Shown piece after piece: positions 28,905 to 39,259 of a DNA stretch of 64,000 nt. The position numbers and the translations under genes were made by a program. Position 1 is the first letter of the stretch. Each line of letters opens with the position of its first letter. The DNA is from an uncultured Chlamydiae bacterium. Its GTDB lineage: Bacteria > Chlamydiota > Chlamydiia > Chlamydiales > SM23-39. The stretch spans positions 352,001-416,000 of the forward strand of contig CAWHDP010000001.1 in assembly GCA_963828125.1 (NCBI GenBank). The letters run 5' to 3'. The notes beneath the pieces were generated by a model, which did no database searches, was not told the origin of the DNA, and saw only the letters and a list, made by a program, of their open reading frames with translations.

Positions 28905-30761
28905 ATGCAAGATTCCTCAAAAGTTCAAATTTCCTCTTCTCTTATCGATCAGCTTTCTAACGAAAACTTCCAACTCCGTCAACAAATTGATACAATGACC
29001 AATGCCTTGGCTGCACAAAAAGAACTGATCCAGCAACTCAAAGATGAAATTGCTCGCCTCAAAGGACAGAAGCCAAAACCGGACATTCCCCCCAATAACC
29101 TGGAAGGGAAAAAGAACAAGCCCGATCTATATAAACGAATTAGCCTCATCGATGTCCACGAGATGCGCGTTTTGTTCATTTCACCCGCGCAATTCACAAC
29201 GAGTTTTGATGTTTCATTGTCGTCTCGCGATTTTTTCATAATCACTTCACCTTTGTTGCAAGAACGAACAGTTGAACTTTCTCGATTAGCTAGACTGATG
29301 ATCAAAAATATTAGGAGAATTGGAAAACCTGGGCAACCAAGAGGCAAGAAACGTAAAAAGAAAAAAACAGTACTAGAAATCCACACCAAATTGGAAATTC
29401 AGCCTGAAAATATTCCGGATGGCGCTAAATTCAAAGGTTATTGCCATTATACAGTGCAAGACATCCTCCTTAAACCACACAATATCCAATACAAATTGGC
29501 TCGATGGGAACTACCTGATGGCACTTACGTAACAGGGCAACTCCCTAAAGATATCCATGGGCACTATGGCCCAGAATTGGTGACTTACATCCTTCACCAA
29601 TACCATGCTTGCCGTGTTACAGAGCATCTTCTATTAGACCAGCTACGCGCTATCGGTATTTTGATTTCCGCAGGCCAACTGAACAATATTTTAATTGAGA
29701 ACAAGAACCCTTTCATTGAAGAAGCTGCAGAGCTAATGCTTGCTGCCACAAGTGTAGAAAACCAGGTGCAAGTGGACGATACAGGCGGTCGGCATAATGG
29801 GCAAAATCAGTACACAACGGTCATAGGGAATCGTTGGTTCAGTATTTTTACAACGACAGAAAGTAAGAGCCGGAAAAATTTTCTCCAATTGCTTCAAAAT
29901 GGAAAAGAAGAATATGTGATCAATCAAGATACCCTGGAATATCTGTCACATGTGAACGTTGCTGAGTATCTGCCTGGCTATGTCTCTCTGTCCTTAAATA
30001 GCAAATTTGCAACACTCGCAGAATGGGAGCAATTTTTAAGGGAACGTAATGTTACGAAGGAATCAGAAGTTCGTTTTCTCACAGAAGCAGCTTTGTATGC
30101 ATCTGTGATACAAAATGGAATCTCACGCGAACTGGGTGTGCATAGTGATGATGCAGGGCAGTTTTATGTATTTCAACATTCGCTATGCTGGATTCATGAA
30201 GATAGGCACTATAGAAAGCTCCTCATGACAACTGACAAGTCTCGATCTGAATTGGAACAAGTCAGAGAGCAAATATGGGATATCTATCAAGACCTTAAAA
30301 CCTATAAAGAATCACCCTCTCAAGAAGTTGCAGAGAGCATAAGCAAAAAATTTGATGCCATTTTTCAGCAGAAAACGTCCAGTCCTACCTTGAATCACCA
30401 ACTGGAGAAAACTCGTGACAAAAAGCAAGAACTACTTATGGTTCTGCGGAGGCCGGAGACGCCTTTGCATAATAACAGTTCGGAAACATGTGCCCGTGCG
30501 GCAAAAATAAAGCTGAAAATTTCTGGGGGAACTCGTAGTGAAATGGGGCAGAAAGTTAGAGACACCTTTTTAAGTCTAAAACAGACATGCCGAAAACTCG
30601 AGATCAATTTTTTGTCCTTTTTACAGGACAGAGTACGTGGGAAATATGCGATTCCTCGTTTAGCAACCGTGATTTTTGACCGAGCGCTAGCGGCTGCTGC
30701 AGACCCACCCGCACGAAACTCAAATGAAGCTGTAGAACATTGTTTGCCTCTCGTTGGGTAA
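28905..30761 (+). CDS. IS66-family DDE transposase
   Basis: N-terminal coiled coil, DDTGGRH, SDDAGQF, LCWIH, PLHNNSSE, KISGGTRSE.G. Confidence 0.9.
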   Translation: MQDSSKVQISSSLIDQLSNENFQLRQQIDTMTNALAAQKELIQQLKDEIARLKGQKPKPDIPPNNLEGKKNKPDLYKRISLIDVHEMRVLFISPAQFTTSFDVSLSSRDFFIITSPLLQERTVELSRLARLMIKNIRRIGKPGQPRGKKRKKKKTVLEIHTKLEIQPENIPDGAKFKGYCHYTVQDILLKPHNIQYKLARWELPDGTYVTGQLPKDIHGHYGPELVTYILHQYHACRVTEHLLLDQLRAIGILISAGQLNNILIENKNPFIEEAAELMLAATSVENQVQVDDTGGRHNGQNQYTTVIGNRWFSIFTTTESKSRKNFLQLLQNGKEEYVINQDTLEYLSHVNVAEYLPGYVSLSLNSKFATLAEWEQFLRERNVTKESEVRFLTEAALYASVIQNGISRELGVHSDDAGQFYVFQHSLCWIHEDRHYRKLLMTTDKSRSELEQVREQIWDIYQDLKTYKESPSQEVAESISKKFDAIFQQKTSSPTLNHQLEKTRDKKQELLMVLRRPETPLHNNSSETCARAAKIKLKISGGTRSEMGQKVRDTFLSLKQTCRKLEINFLSFLQDRVRGKYAIPRLATVIFDRALAAAADPPARNSNEAVEHCLPLVG

Positions 30762-30851
30762 TTCGCTGCCAGGAGAAATCACATTGCAAGATGCTTGCCT
30801 CCTGGGCTAGAATAATCCAGTTTTAGCAAGCTTTCAGAAGCGAATTAGAAA

Positions 30852-31328
30852 ATGTGTAAATGTAAAACAAGTTGTTCCACATATCGATGCGATTGTCTAA
30901 AAAACGGTCAAGGATGTACTGAGAAATGTCGTTGTGTTAATTGCCATAACCCTCTGAATGGACAAGACACGGAACATCTGGCATTGTGTGCTATACAAAA
31001 TATTCGTATCGTCAAAGACCTTAAAGATAAAGAATTATCCAAAGAAATACTACTGCCGTGTGAATGCGAAAGCGTTCCCTTGAAATCCTTGCTGGGAGAA
31101 TATGACTGTTCTAAATGCCAAGAAACTTATTGGTTTTCTTTTTGCTGGAACGATGTAGCTGCAGACAATTGTAGTTGGCATTGTGAGATTTGCAAAACAT
31201 GTAGAGATTGGAGAGAGTGGCATTGTGACAAATGCAATAGGTGTACTTATGGTGTGTCACTTCCTTGTGAACATTGCGGCAAAAGGGTCCATATGCAGAT
31301 TGGTAACCGAGTCCCATTTCTGGAGTGA
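30852..31328 (+). CDS. Cys-rich multi-zinc protein with tesmin/CRC-like CXC motif
   Basis: 24 Cys in 158 aa; C-x-C-x3-C-x4-C-x-C-x6-C-x3-C-x-C-x2-C-x-N and repeated WHCxxCxxC. Confidence 0.75.
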   Translation: MCKCKTSCSTYRCDCLKNGQGCTEKCRCVNCHNPLNGQDTEHLALCAIQNIRIVKDLKDKELSKEILLPCECESVPLKSLLGEYDCSKCQETYWFSFCWNDVAADNCSWHCEICKTCRDWREWHCDKCNRCTYGVSLPCEHCGKRVHMQIGNRVPFLE

Positions 31329-31353
31329 TTACCTCAATTTTATGAGCACTTGC

Positions 31354-31583
31354 AATTTTTCCATCCTGAATAAGCCAGTATATAGTTGTATAGATGGGAG
31401 GGTTTTCATTGTTTTTTGGCATTTCAGCTCCTATTTGCCTGTGGGAATTTCATCGGCTCTTGGTTCTCTAACGTTGGGATTTCCTGGTCTTGGACCACTA
31501 GGAGATGGATTGTTTTTATTTTCTTTCACATTTGGTCTAGGTATGGGCCCATGCGGCTTGCCAGATCCTCGATACTGTTTCCA
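31354..31583 (-). pseudogene. Possible orphan toxin tip plus truncated downstream (immunity-like) gene
   Basis: PHGPIPRPNVK...REPRADEIP stop at 31431, AGGAG RBS, ATG 31422 cut by IS66 end. Confidence 0.4.
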
Positions 31584-31926
31584 TCTTGGTTTTTCATGAG
31601 TTGGGAGTCTCATTGCTTGAGCTTTGTAAAATTCGGGATTTGGAAATGCTGCAAGGCGCATTCACCGATTCCTTAACCAGGGAGATAGCCCATTTTTGGG
31701 GATGTAGATCTCATTTCCAACAACGATTTCCAAACTTTCTGGCAGGTCAATACTGGCAGGGACTGTTTTGTTGTGAGTAAATGGTCTATTCCATGGAGTA
31801 ATATCGTCTTCCTCGCTCACCCTGAGATGCATTCCAACGACGCGGCCCTTCCTTTCAGCAAGCGAGACAATCGTCTCGGCTTCCTGACGAGAAATCTTTC
31901 GTAATCCCGACAGGAATGCCCATTGA
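31584..31926 (-). pseudogene. TOTE-type primase-helicase, segment downstream of the IS21 insertion
   Basis: Continues DQ/WAFLSG in frame after removing the IS; internal TGA before RLAAFPNPEFYKAQAMRLP. Confidence 0.8.
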
Positions 31927-32151
31927 TGTCAAGCGACACCAGAAAGTGACCCACCGGCGACATTGAAAAGTGACCCACCCCCAATCTTTTCTTTAATGAC
32001 TACGGCTGCCTAACGACAGCCATATTGGTGCTTTAGCGGTAGTCAGAGGATATGCAAAGCTCTGAGTTGGTGCTGAGGCACAATACTTCTCTTCCACCGA
32101 AGGAGAGAGGAGGCCCCCTCCCCCATGGGGGAGGGGCGAAAACTAAATTTT

Positions 32152-32949
32152 TTACTTCCCTTCTAGAGTCTCCGATTGAAGGACTGTTGTTTTAACCAAT
32201 CCAGATTTTCGTTTTTCTTTCAGCCGATAACTTTCTCCGCGAATAGTGACTACATGGCTGTGATGCAAGAGGCGATCTAAAATTGCTGTTGCAACTACAG
32301 TATCGCCAAAAACTTCCCCCCATTCGCTGACTGAACGATTACTCGTAATTAAGGTACTTCCTTTCTCGTATCGTCGGGAGATCAACTGAAAAAATAAATG
32401 AGCCGCTTTCGGATCAAAGGGAAGATATCCAAGTTCATCGATAATCAGCAATTTGGGTTTCGAATACCAAACAATCTTGTCTTCAAGACGACCTTCTTGG
32501 TGAGCCCGAGCGAGCTGGGTCAAAAGAGTGGTCGCCGGAGTAAAAAGAACTGTGTATCCTAACCGAATGGCTTCATTGCCAAGCGCAACAGCTAAATGAG
32601 TTTTCCCAACTCCAGGAGGGCCTAATAACAGAAGAGCATCTCCATTGGCAATCCAACGACAAGTTCCAAGTTCGCGTATTTGACCGGCATCCAATGATGG
32701 CTGCGCACTAAAATCAAACTGTTCAAGAGTTCTTGCATAGGGGAATTTAGCCATCGAGAATCCACGGCGATTACGGGTGTGTTCTCTCTGCTGCATTTCT
32801 TGTTCGCAAAAAAAAGCTAGAGCTTCTCGTAAATTCATTTTCTTACGAGATGCTTCATCGAGAAGGTTGTCGAGTTTGTCTCGGATAGTTGAGAGTTTCA
32901 ATCGGTGGAGTGTAGCTACAAGATTTTCATGATTGATGGTCATTACCAA
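32152..32949 (-). CDS. istB: IS21 helper ATPase IstB
   Basis: GPPGVGKTHLA, LIIDELGY, ITSN, AILDRLLHH, GESYR. Confidence 0.97.
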   Translation of the reverse strand: MVMTINHENLVATLHRLKLSTIRDKLDNLLDEASRKKMNLREALAFFCEQEMQQREHTRNRRGFSMAKFPYARTLEQFDFSAQPSLDAGQIRELGTCRWIANGDALLLLGPPGVGKTHLAVALGNEAIRLGYTVLFTPATTLLTQLARAHQEGRLEDKIVWYSKPKLLIIDELGYLPFDPKAAHLFFQLISRRYEKGSTLITSNRSVSEWGEVFGDTVVATAILDRLLHHSHVVTIRGESYRLKEKRKSGLVKTTVLQSETLEGK

Positions 32950-34244
32950 CCTCCTCCGGTAATAGCTTCATACTCGGTAAGAGGACGAAGCAGCTCGGCA
33001 GGTTTGATTGGAGCATTTGGAACTTCCATTTTCATGCACCAATTAGCCCCTACGATTCCCTTTAAATGATGAGGATTGATGGAGCGTTGCCTCTCTCCTA
33101 TGCAGACAGGGTGACGGGCTATTTCGTCAGCATCATAGAGGATTTTGACTTCAGTTTCGGTTAATTGTACTGTGACCTCTTTTTTAATGAAGTGCCATGG
33201 CACACTGTAAAAATTTGTATCCACCTCCACACAAGCATCCGTATGGACCGATCTTTGCATCTCTCTTCCCAAATAGAAAGGTGGCTTCCCATTTAGCGGT
33301 TGAAGAACAGCTTTTTCTTCTTTCTCAAAGCGATCGATTGGTTTTTCTCCAGTAGTCCCATGGATTCTGAGGTCTGAAATATCTCTCATCCACCAAACGA
33401 TATGTTCGCCAAGAGCCTCCCAGCTTGAGAACTCCCTTCCGGCAATTCCATTATACTTAAAATATTTGACCGTGTTTTCGTCCTTCCCCTTCGTTCTTGC
33501 TCTATAAGGGGCGCATGCTTTGGGCTTGAATTTCCAATAGTTAGCAAACGCATGTAGGCGTTCATTGAACACCACTTCTCGTGTCTGCGGGTTGTGACTG
33601 ATAACAAGTGGCTTTGGATTGTCCATTAAGACTTCTGATGGGATCCCTCCAAAATGGTTAAAGGCTCCTTCAAGCCCCTCAAACCAGGCCGATTGTCGTT
33701 CATGGATAAAGGCCTGTATATATTGGCGGCGTGAAAAACCAAGAACTGCCGCGAAAAAATAGATCTTCTTCGGCTCTCCTGCAATCTTGATAGTAATCGA
33801 TCCAAAGTCAATTTGCATCTGCTTGCCCGGCGGCGTCTCAAACCGAATCGTCGCCTTTGCTGAAGCAAAGGCCCTTTGTCTAAATAGTTTAACTGCTCTT
33901 TCGACAGTGCGTAGATCAGCTTGCAGATTGTGTTGACGAACCAACTCTTGGCGGATAACCTCTGCATTACCTTTATGGAGGTTAAACATTTCTTCGAGCC
34001 AGACATCTAATGCTTCCAGCCTCTTAATTCTTTTGGGAATATTATACGGGCGCCATTTCCCTTGTCGCCGGTAGTGTTTAACGGTATTGGCACTAATTCC
34101 AAGCTCTTTGGCAATCCGTCTTTTACCCCACCCTTCTGATGACAAATATAAAATTTTCTCTACGACATTAGGTGGTTCCATTCTCTCTTTACTGTCTCCT
34201 GTTACAACAGCAGAGATTTTATTGGGTTCCATGCTTACTCTCAC
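32943..34244 (-). CDS. istA: IS21 transposase IstA
   Basis: HTH, RFETPPG.QMQIDFG, DNPK, RARTKGKDE, HGTT; start uncertain. Confidence 0.95.
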   Translation of the reverse strand: MRVSMEPNKISAVVTGDSKERMEPPNVVEKILYLSSEGWGKRRIAKELGISANTVKHYRRQGKWRPYNIPKRIKRLEALDVWLEEMFNLHKGNAEVIRQELVRQHNLQADLRTVERAVKLFRQRAFASAKATIRFETPPGKQMQIDFGSITIKIAGEPKKIYFFAAVLGFSRRQYIQAFIHERQSAWFEGLEGAFNHFGGIPSEVLMDNPKPLVISHNPQTREVVFNERLHAFANYWKFKPKACAPYRARTKGKDENTVKYFKYNGIAGREFSSWEALGEHIVWWMRDISDLRIHGTTGEKPIDRFEKEEKAVLQPLNGKPPFYLGREMQRSVHTDACVEVDTNFYSVPWHFIKKEVTVQLTETEVKILYDADEIARHPVCIGERQRSINPHHLKGIVGANWCMKMEVPNAPIKPAELLRPLTEYEAITGGGW

Positions 34245-34309
34245 TTCAAATAGGGGGGTGGGTCACTTTTCAATGTCGAAAGGGGGTCATTTTACACTGT
34301 CGCCTGACA

Positions 34310-35009
34310 ATTGATCCTCATAGGCAATCAAATCCTCATTTACGAATACGCTATTTCCAAGATCTCGAGCCTTTTTTTGCAAAGGGAGTGCGATGAGATT
34401 TCCAAATCCACCTTGAGGCAGTGTATCCTGATTTGGAAAGAATCGATCATAAGAATCTAGCCCGACATCTGGCCGATGTTCCATCGTTTCAGTGAGGATA
34501 TGACATCCTAGTTTTCGTGCGAGTATTGCTGGGATTGCTTCAGTAAAAAATAGCCAGACGTGAGCGCCCTTGCCAGAGCGCGAGCGTTCCAGTGCTGCGG
34601 GTAAATTCAACTGATGACAGGTTTTGAGAAAAGCACGTGCATCCTCTTCCCAGCTGGATTTATCGAAATCAGCCGCCAGGAAGAAACAAGTTTCGTCCAA
34701 CAACATTGGATAAAGCCCCATGACGAAGTCTTTCCCAAAATCATCTTGGCCAGAAAGATGCCATTTCACCACGTCATCAATCACGGGTAGAAATCTGCGA
34801 TGTCTGCATTCAGAGCATTTGATTTTTGGCTTTTCGCAAATTCCTCGTACCCATTCATTGCCACATGCGGGTGAATAGCCTGATTTTCCTGTCTTTTTAC
34901 TTTCAAACCGCCTGGGGTATAAGTCTTCACGGCCTCGGAAAAGGGATCGGAATAGGGCGATTTTGGTACAGGAGGATGATTTTTGGGTAAGCTGGAGTTT
35001 TTCTTCCAT
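34310..35009 (-). pseudogene. TOTE conflict system archaeo-eukaryotic primase/helicase, N-terminal segment
   Basis: LFRGREDLY, CxNEW, FLAADFD, ERSRSGKGAHVWLFF, GGFGNLIALPLQ; interrupted by IS21. Confidence 0.85.
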
Positions 35010-35232
35010 TTAAATGACCAATAATTTCAAGGAAAGTATAGAGGGTTTTGTCTGTCTTTACAAGTCCTTAAATATGATAGTATTGTATGCAGAAACGAAT
35101 ATATGTAGACATTTTTTAAATCTTTGGCGGCTATGCTTATGGGATTTTTTCTCTTTAACCATTGCTATTTGGTCTGAAATCGGCTAATATAAGGTTATAT
35201 TGAGAGAAATTATCTCATAAAGGAGCCTCCTT

Positions 35233-36555
35233 ATGCTGATTCGATTTTCAATTGAAAATTGGATGTCCTTCCAGGCCAAAGCCACTTTCTCGCTAATAGC
35301 AAGCCGTGAGCGTCAACACGGAGAGCGCATTCCTAAAATAGTCAAACTAAAACTGGGGATTCTGCCTGTTGCGGCTGTATATGGCGGCAATGCATCCGGG
35401 AAAACCAATCTTTTTAAGGCCCTGCATTTTGCAAAAGGACTGATCGTTAAGGGGACCCAACCCTACAGCCTAATTGCTGTAGACAGTTTTAGGCTTGGGA
35501 ACGCACAAAAAGTCGAACAGCCAGCCCAGTTTGAGTTTGAATTGCTAATTGACGAGACAGTTTATGCATTTAGTTTCTCTGTTAACCGAAAAACCATAAT
35601 AGAGGAAAAATTGGTTCATATTTCTGGTAACAGCGAAAAGACGCTTTACCATCGAGTCTCAGGAGAACCTAATTTTGATTCATCTTTAAAGGGTAACCAA
35701 TCGCTCCAGTTCGCTTTCAAAGGCACTCGCGATAATCAGCTCTTCCTCACTAATTCAGTTTCTCAAAAAATAGATGCCTTCAAGCCAGTGTACGACTGGT
35801 TTAAAGATACTTTGGAACTGATTGCGCCTGATTCAAGGTTTGAGCTTTTTGAGCAATTTTTGGATGAAGGACATCCTTTGTACGCAACGATGAATAAGAT
35901 GTTGTCCCAATTAGATACCGGAATATCTCATCTTGGCGGTGAAGAAATTCCATTTGAAAATTTACCGCTGCCCGAACCGATAAAGATGAAGTTAAGAGAA
36001 GAATTGGCAGAAGATGCGACTGTCAGACTATTAGCCGAACCTGGGAATGAGCGTTTTGTAGTAACTCGAAAGAATGGCGAATTAATCTCAAAAAAACTAG
36101 TCACCTATCATTTAAGTTCTGATGGTTCAGAAACGAAGTTCGATATGAGACAAGAATCGGATGGTTCTCAGCGTGTTATCGACCTTCTTCCCGCTTTTTT
36201 AGAGTTATCTGCGGCTCAATCCAAAAAAGTCTATGTAATCGATGAAGTAGATAGGAGCTTACATACATTGTTGATCAGACGCCTTCTAGAAGGCTATCTA
36301 GCAAAATGTTCTCATAATAGTCGCTCTCAGTTACTATTTACCACTCACAATGTGTTGTTAATGGATCAAGACCTATTGCGACGAGATGAAATGTGGATTG
36401 CAGAACGAAATCCGGAAGGGATTTCTAGCTTGCTGTCTTTTAGCGAGTATAAAGATGTTCGCTATGACAAAGACATTCGAAAAAGCTATCTGCAAGGACG
36501 CTTAGGAGGCATTCCTCGCATTCTTCTACAATCCCCAATTGTGGGGAGCGACTAA
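35233..36555 (+). CDS. AAA_21-type ATPase (RloA / AbiL-like component)
   Basis: [39 protein letters not shown]. Confidence 0.92.
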   Translation: MLIRFSIENWMSFQAKATFSLIASRERQHGERIPKIVKLKLGILPVAAVYGGNASGKTNLFKALHFAKGLIVKGTQPYSLIAVDSFRLGNAQKVEQPAQFEFELLIDETVYAFSFSVNRKTIIEEKLVHISGNSEKTLYHRVSGEPNFDSSLKGNQSLQFAFKGTRDNQLFLTNSVSQKIDAFKPVYDWFKDTLELIAPDSRFELFEQFLDEGHPLYATMNKMLSQLDTGISHLGGEEIPFENLPLPEPIKMKLREELAEDATVRLLAEPGNERFVVTRKNGELISKKLVTYHLSSDGSETKFDMRQESDGSQRVIDLLPAFLELSAAQSKKVYVIDEVDRSLHTLLIRRLLEGYLAKCSHNSRSQLLFTTHNVLLMDQDLLRRDEMWIAERNPEGISSLLSFSEYKDVRYDKDIRKSYLQGRLGGIPRILLQSPIVGSD

Positions 36556-37151
36556 TGGCTCAAAAGCCGCGCACTTTTCAAAGACCTCTAGGAGAGCGTC
36601 GATACAAAAAACTATTTGTGGTCTCAGTGGAAGGTTCCAAAACTGAGCCCCAATATTTTGCCATTTTTAATCAGCCGCAATCGATCGTCCTAGTAAAATG
36701 TCTCAAAAGGCCATCAACGGAAAGCTCGCCGATTCAGGTGCTCAAGAAGATGCAGGGATATTTGCGGAAGGAATCTTTAAGAAAAACGGATGAAGCTTGG
36801 ATTGTGGTGGACAAAGATGATTGGACAGAAGACCAGCTTAAAGAACTCTTGCAATGGGCAAAGAAAAGCGAAAACTACGGTTTTGCTCTTAGCAATCCCA
36901 ACTTCGAATATTGGCTTTTGCTCCATTTTGAAGATGGAAAAGGGATTGCAAGCCCTCAAGAATGCCTGACTCGCCTGAAGAGACACTTGCCCAATTATAA
37001 AAAAGATATCGATGGCAAGAAAATCACGCTGGATTTGATGACCAAAGCTATTGCGAGGGCAAAGCAGCGGGATACCGATCGATCCAGTGACCTTTCAAAA
37101 ATATGGAGCACAACTGTCTATAAGCTGGTAGAAAAAATTCTCGAGTTATAA
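36555..37151 (+). CDS. rloB: RloB family protein
   Basis: EGSKTEPQYF, WIVVDKD, SNPNFEYWLLLHF, STTVYKLVE; coupled to AAA gene. Confidence 0.9.
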   Translation: MAQKPRTFQRPLGERRYKKLFVVSVEGSKTEPQYFAIFNQPQSIVLVKCLKRPSTESSPIQVLKKMQGYLRKESLRKTDEAWIVVDKDDWTEDQLKELLQWAKKSENYGFALSNPNFEYWLLLHFEDGKGIASPQECLTRLKRHLPNYKKDIDGKKITLDLMTKAIARAKQRDTDRSSDLSKIWSTTVYKLVEKILEL

Positions 37152-37188
37152 GTGTATGTCATATAGCACAAATCATTGCCGAAAAAAT

Positions 37189-39136
37189 GGCCATTTTCAT
37201 AACTTCATCATTCGCCACCCCATCGGTGGTGATCAAGCCGCTTGATTTCCCGATGTTTTTTGCACCCACGTCTGCACCCGCTTGCGCGGCCTGATGGAGG
37301 GTTCTTTCAAAAAATAGCTCGTTTATAGCAAATTCTTTGGTTGTTGAAGCTAAAGGGTTGCAAAAAACGAGCTATGGAAACAGCATCTTCGGTCGAGCCA
37401 AAAAATACAAGAATATATCGCGTCATTGATCGGGCCAAGCAGGCGGAAGCCACCCGGAAAGTCATTGAGAAAAAAAGAACCCAGAGAGAAGTCGCGGAGG
37501 AATACGGCGTATCAAGGCCCGCGGTCCAAGCTTGGGTCAGAAGGGTCAATCAACCCAAGGACAGTGTAGACCCCAAAGTGGTTCTCTTCTATGAGTCTCC
37601 CGAAGGGCTGGCCCATTTACACGGCATATTGGTAGGGGCCTATCTTGTATTCCACGCAACAGGTGGTTGTGGGCTGCCGTCCCTACAGAAGTTCTTGGAA
37701 CTGAGCAAACTCAGTGCATTCGTCGGATCATCCATTGGCGCATTGCACGGTGTGTCCGCTCAGATTAACCAGCAATTGATTGAGTTCGGCAAACAGGAGC
37801 GCGTTCGCATGGCCGAGGGCATGTCTTTGAAGGAGATGACCGCTGCTGTTGATGAGAACTTCATCATGGAGAACATGACTCTTATTCTGATGGAACCAGA
37901 TTCTGGTTTTATCCTCGCAGAGCAACAGGAGGATAAGCGAGATGCAGCGACCTGGATGAGAGTGTCGCAAGCAGCCACCAATGGGCTGAATGTAAAAATC
38001 GTGCAGGTTACGGGCGATGAAGCAGGCGGTATTATAAAGTATGCCCAAGAGCTCTTAGGCGCGAGTAAGGCATCGGATTTATTCCACGTTCAGCAAGATA
38101 TCACAAGAGGGCTAACAAGTGTGCTAGCCCGAAGAGTGCAGCATGCTGAAAAAGCTCTCAGCGACTCCACGGCAATGAAACAAGAGAGGTTCAAAAAACT
38201 CACAGAGGTCGTGCAGACAACGGGCGCTTCGCTCGACAACCCCACTCCGCAAGTTGCAAAGATCGGCAAACAATTGCTCGAGGAAGACAGCCATGAGCAA
38301 GAATGTCGGAAAGTCTTAGAGGAGGCTAAACAAGATTACCAGATCGTGAGGGATGCCAGAAGAGCCATTACTACCTGCTACCATCCTTACGATCTCAGCA
38401 CGGGCACCACCCGATCTCCTGAACAGCTGCGGAAGGAATTAGTAGAGGTCCACGAGATCCTTGAGACAGTATCCGAACGGATCGACAGTACAGATGGTCA
38501 AAGGAAAAAGCTCGGGAAAGCCAAAGGCGCGACTGAATCAATGGTACAAACTCTGGCGTTTTTTTTCCGATGTTTACTCCAGGTCATGCAGGGACTCGCA
38601 TTAGACGAGCAGGGCCGTCAGGCGTTCGAGTGCCTTGTCGCCATAGAGTATCTCCAGATGGTTTTGAAGCGATGCACAGACAAAAGCCAAAAGGTCGTGA
38701 TTATTCAAAGCATCTCGCGTTTAGTGGTCCGCCAAAGGGATGGTCCCTGGGCTAACCTTACTCCCCGCGAGCAAGCGGTTTGGGGCAAAAAGGCCAGGCA
38801 ATGCGCTGCTCTATTCCAAAGGTCAAGCTCGTGTGTCGAAGGGAGGAACGGGGTCTTATCACTGAAACATCACGCACTCCACAAACTGAGTGCCAACCAA
38901 TTGCTAGCCCTCACCGTGTTGCACAATTTTTTTACCTCACGAAAGGACGGCGGCACAGCTGCGGAGAGATTTTTTGGAAAAAAGCAACGAAATGTGTTCG
39001 AGTGGCTGCTGAGTACTATCGACTTGCCGGTCAGGCCGCGCAAGCGGGCACAGACGCAGGTGCAAAAAGCGCCGGAAAATCAAGCGGCTTGATCACCACC
39101 GATGGGGTGGCGAATGATGAAGTTATGAAAATGGCC
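37189..39136 (+). mobile_element. Transposable element with 106-bp terminal inverted repeats (DUF6399-type transposase)
   Basis: 37189-37294 vs 39031-39136 inverted, first 60 bp identical, 8 mismatches in total; partial copies at 48347-49324. Confidence 0.9.
37374..39092 (+). CDS. DDE-type transposase (DUF6399-like)
   Basis: N-terminal HTH, VDENF, GDEA, DLFHVQ, FQRSSSCVEGRNG, HNFF...DGGTAAERFFG. Confidence 0.85.
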   Translation: METASSVEPKNTRIYRVIDRAKQAEATRKVIEKKRTQREVAEEYGVSRPAVQAWVRRVNQPKDSVDPKVVLFYESPEGLAHLHGILVGAYLVFHATGGCGLPSLQKFLELSKLSAFVGSSIGALHGVSAQINQQLIEFGKQERVRMAEGMSLKEMTAAVDENFIMENMTLILMEPDSGFILAEQQEDKRDAATWMRVSQAATNGLNVKIVQVTGDEAGGIIKYAQELLGASKASDLFHVQQDITRGLTSVLARRVQHAEKALSDSTAMKQERFKKLTEVVQTTGASLDNPTPQVAKIGKQLLEEDSHEQECRKVLEEAKQDYQIVRDARRAITTCYHPYDLSTGTTRSPEQLRKELVEVHEILETVSERIDSTDGQRKKLGKAKGATESMVQTLAFFFRCLLQVMQGLALDEQGRQAFECLVAIEYLQMVLKRCTDKSQKVVIIQSISRLVVRQRDGPWANLTPREQAVWGKKARQCAALFQRSSSCVEGRNGVLSLKHHALHKLSANQLLALTVLHNFFTSRKDGGTAAERFFGKKQRNVFEWLLSTIDLPVRPRKRAQTQVQKAPENQAA

Positions 39137-39259
39137 CTTTTTTGCATGCCAGTGGTCCACAAATGGTCCACAGAAATTATACCAAAGTAAGTTTTCCCTT
39201 CTGAGGGAAAGGGGATTTTGGATAAGATCTTTTTTCTTTCTTATATGAAATGATCACTT

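Larger units (their letters stand above)
28739..31353 (+). mobile_element. IS66-like element with passenger gene
   Basis: 32-bp inverted repeats 28739-28770 and 31322-31353 (29/32 identical); no clear target duplication. Confidence 0.8.
31927..34309 (-). mobile_element. Complete IS21-family element
   Basis: TGTCA...TGACA ends with internal repeated gtgacccac boxes; 5-bp target duplication ATTGA (31922-31926, 34310-34314). Confidence 0.95.

Noticed and set aside
31111..31353. 103-aa ORF 31111-31422 as a complete gene
   Set aside because: Most of it is read-through into the IS66-like repeat and antisense to the Cys-rich gene
34287..34309. C-terminus LSGDSVK of the primase ORF
   Set aside because: Derived from the IS21 end, not the gene
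38780..39190. ORF MGQKGQAMR... present twice (also 48338-48703)
   Set aside because: Alternative frame of the duplicated transposase end
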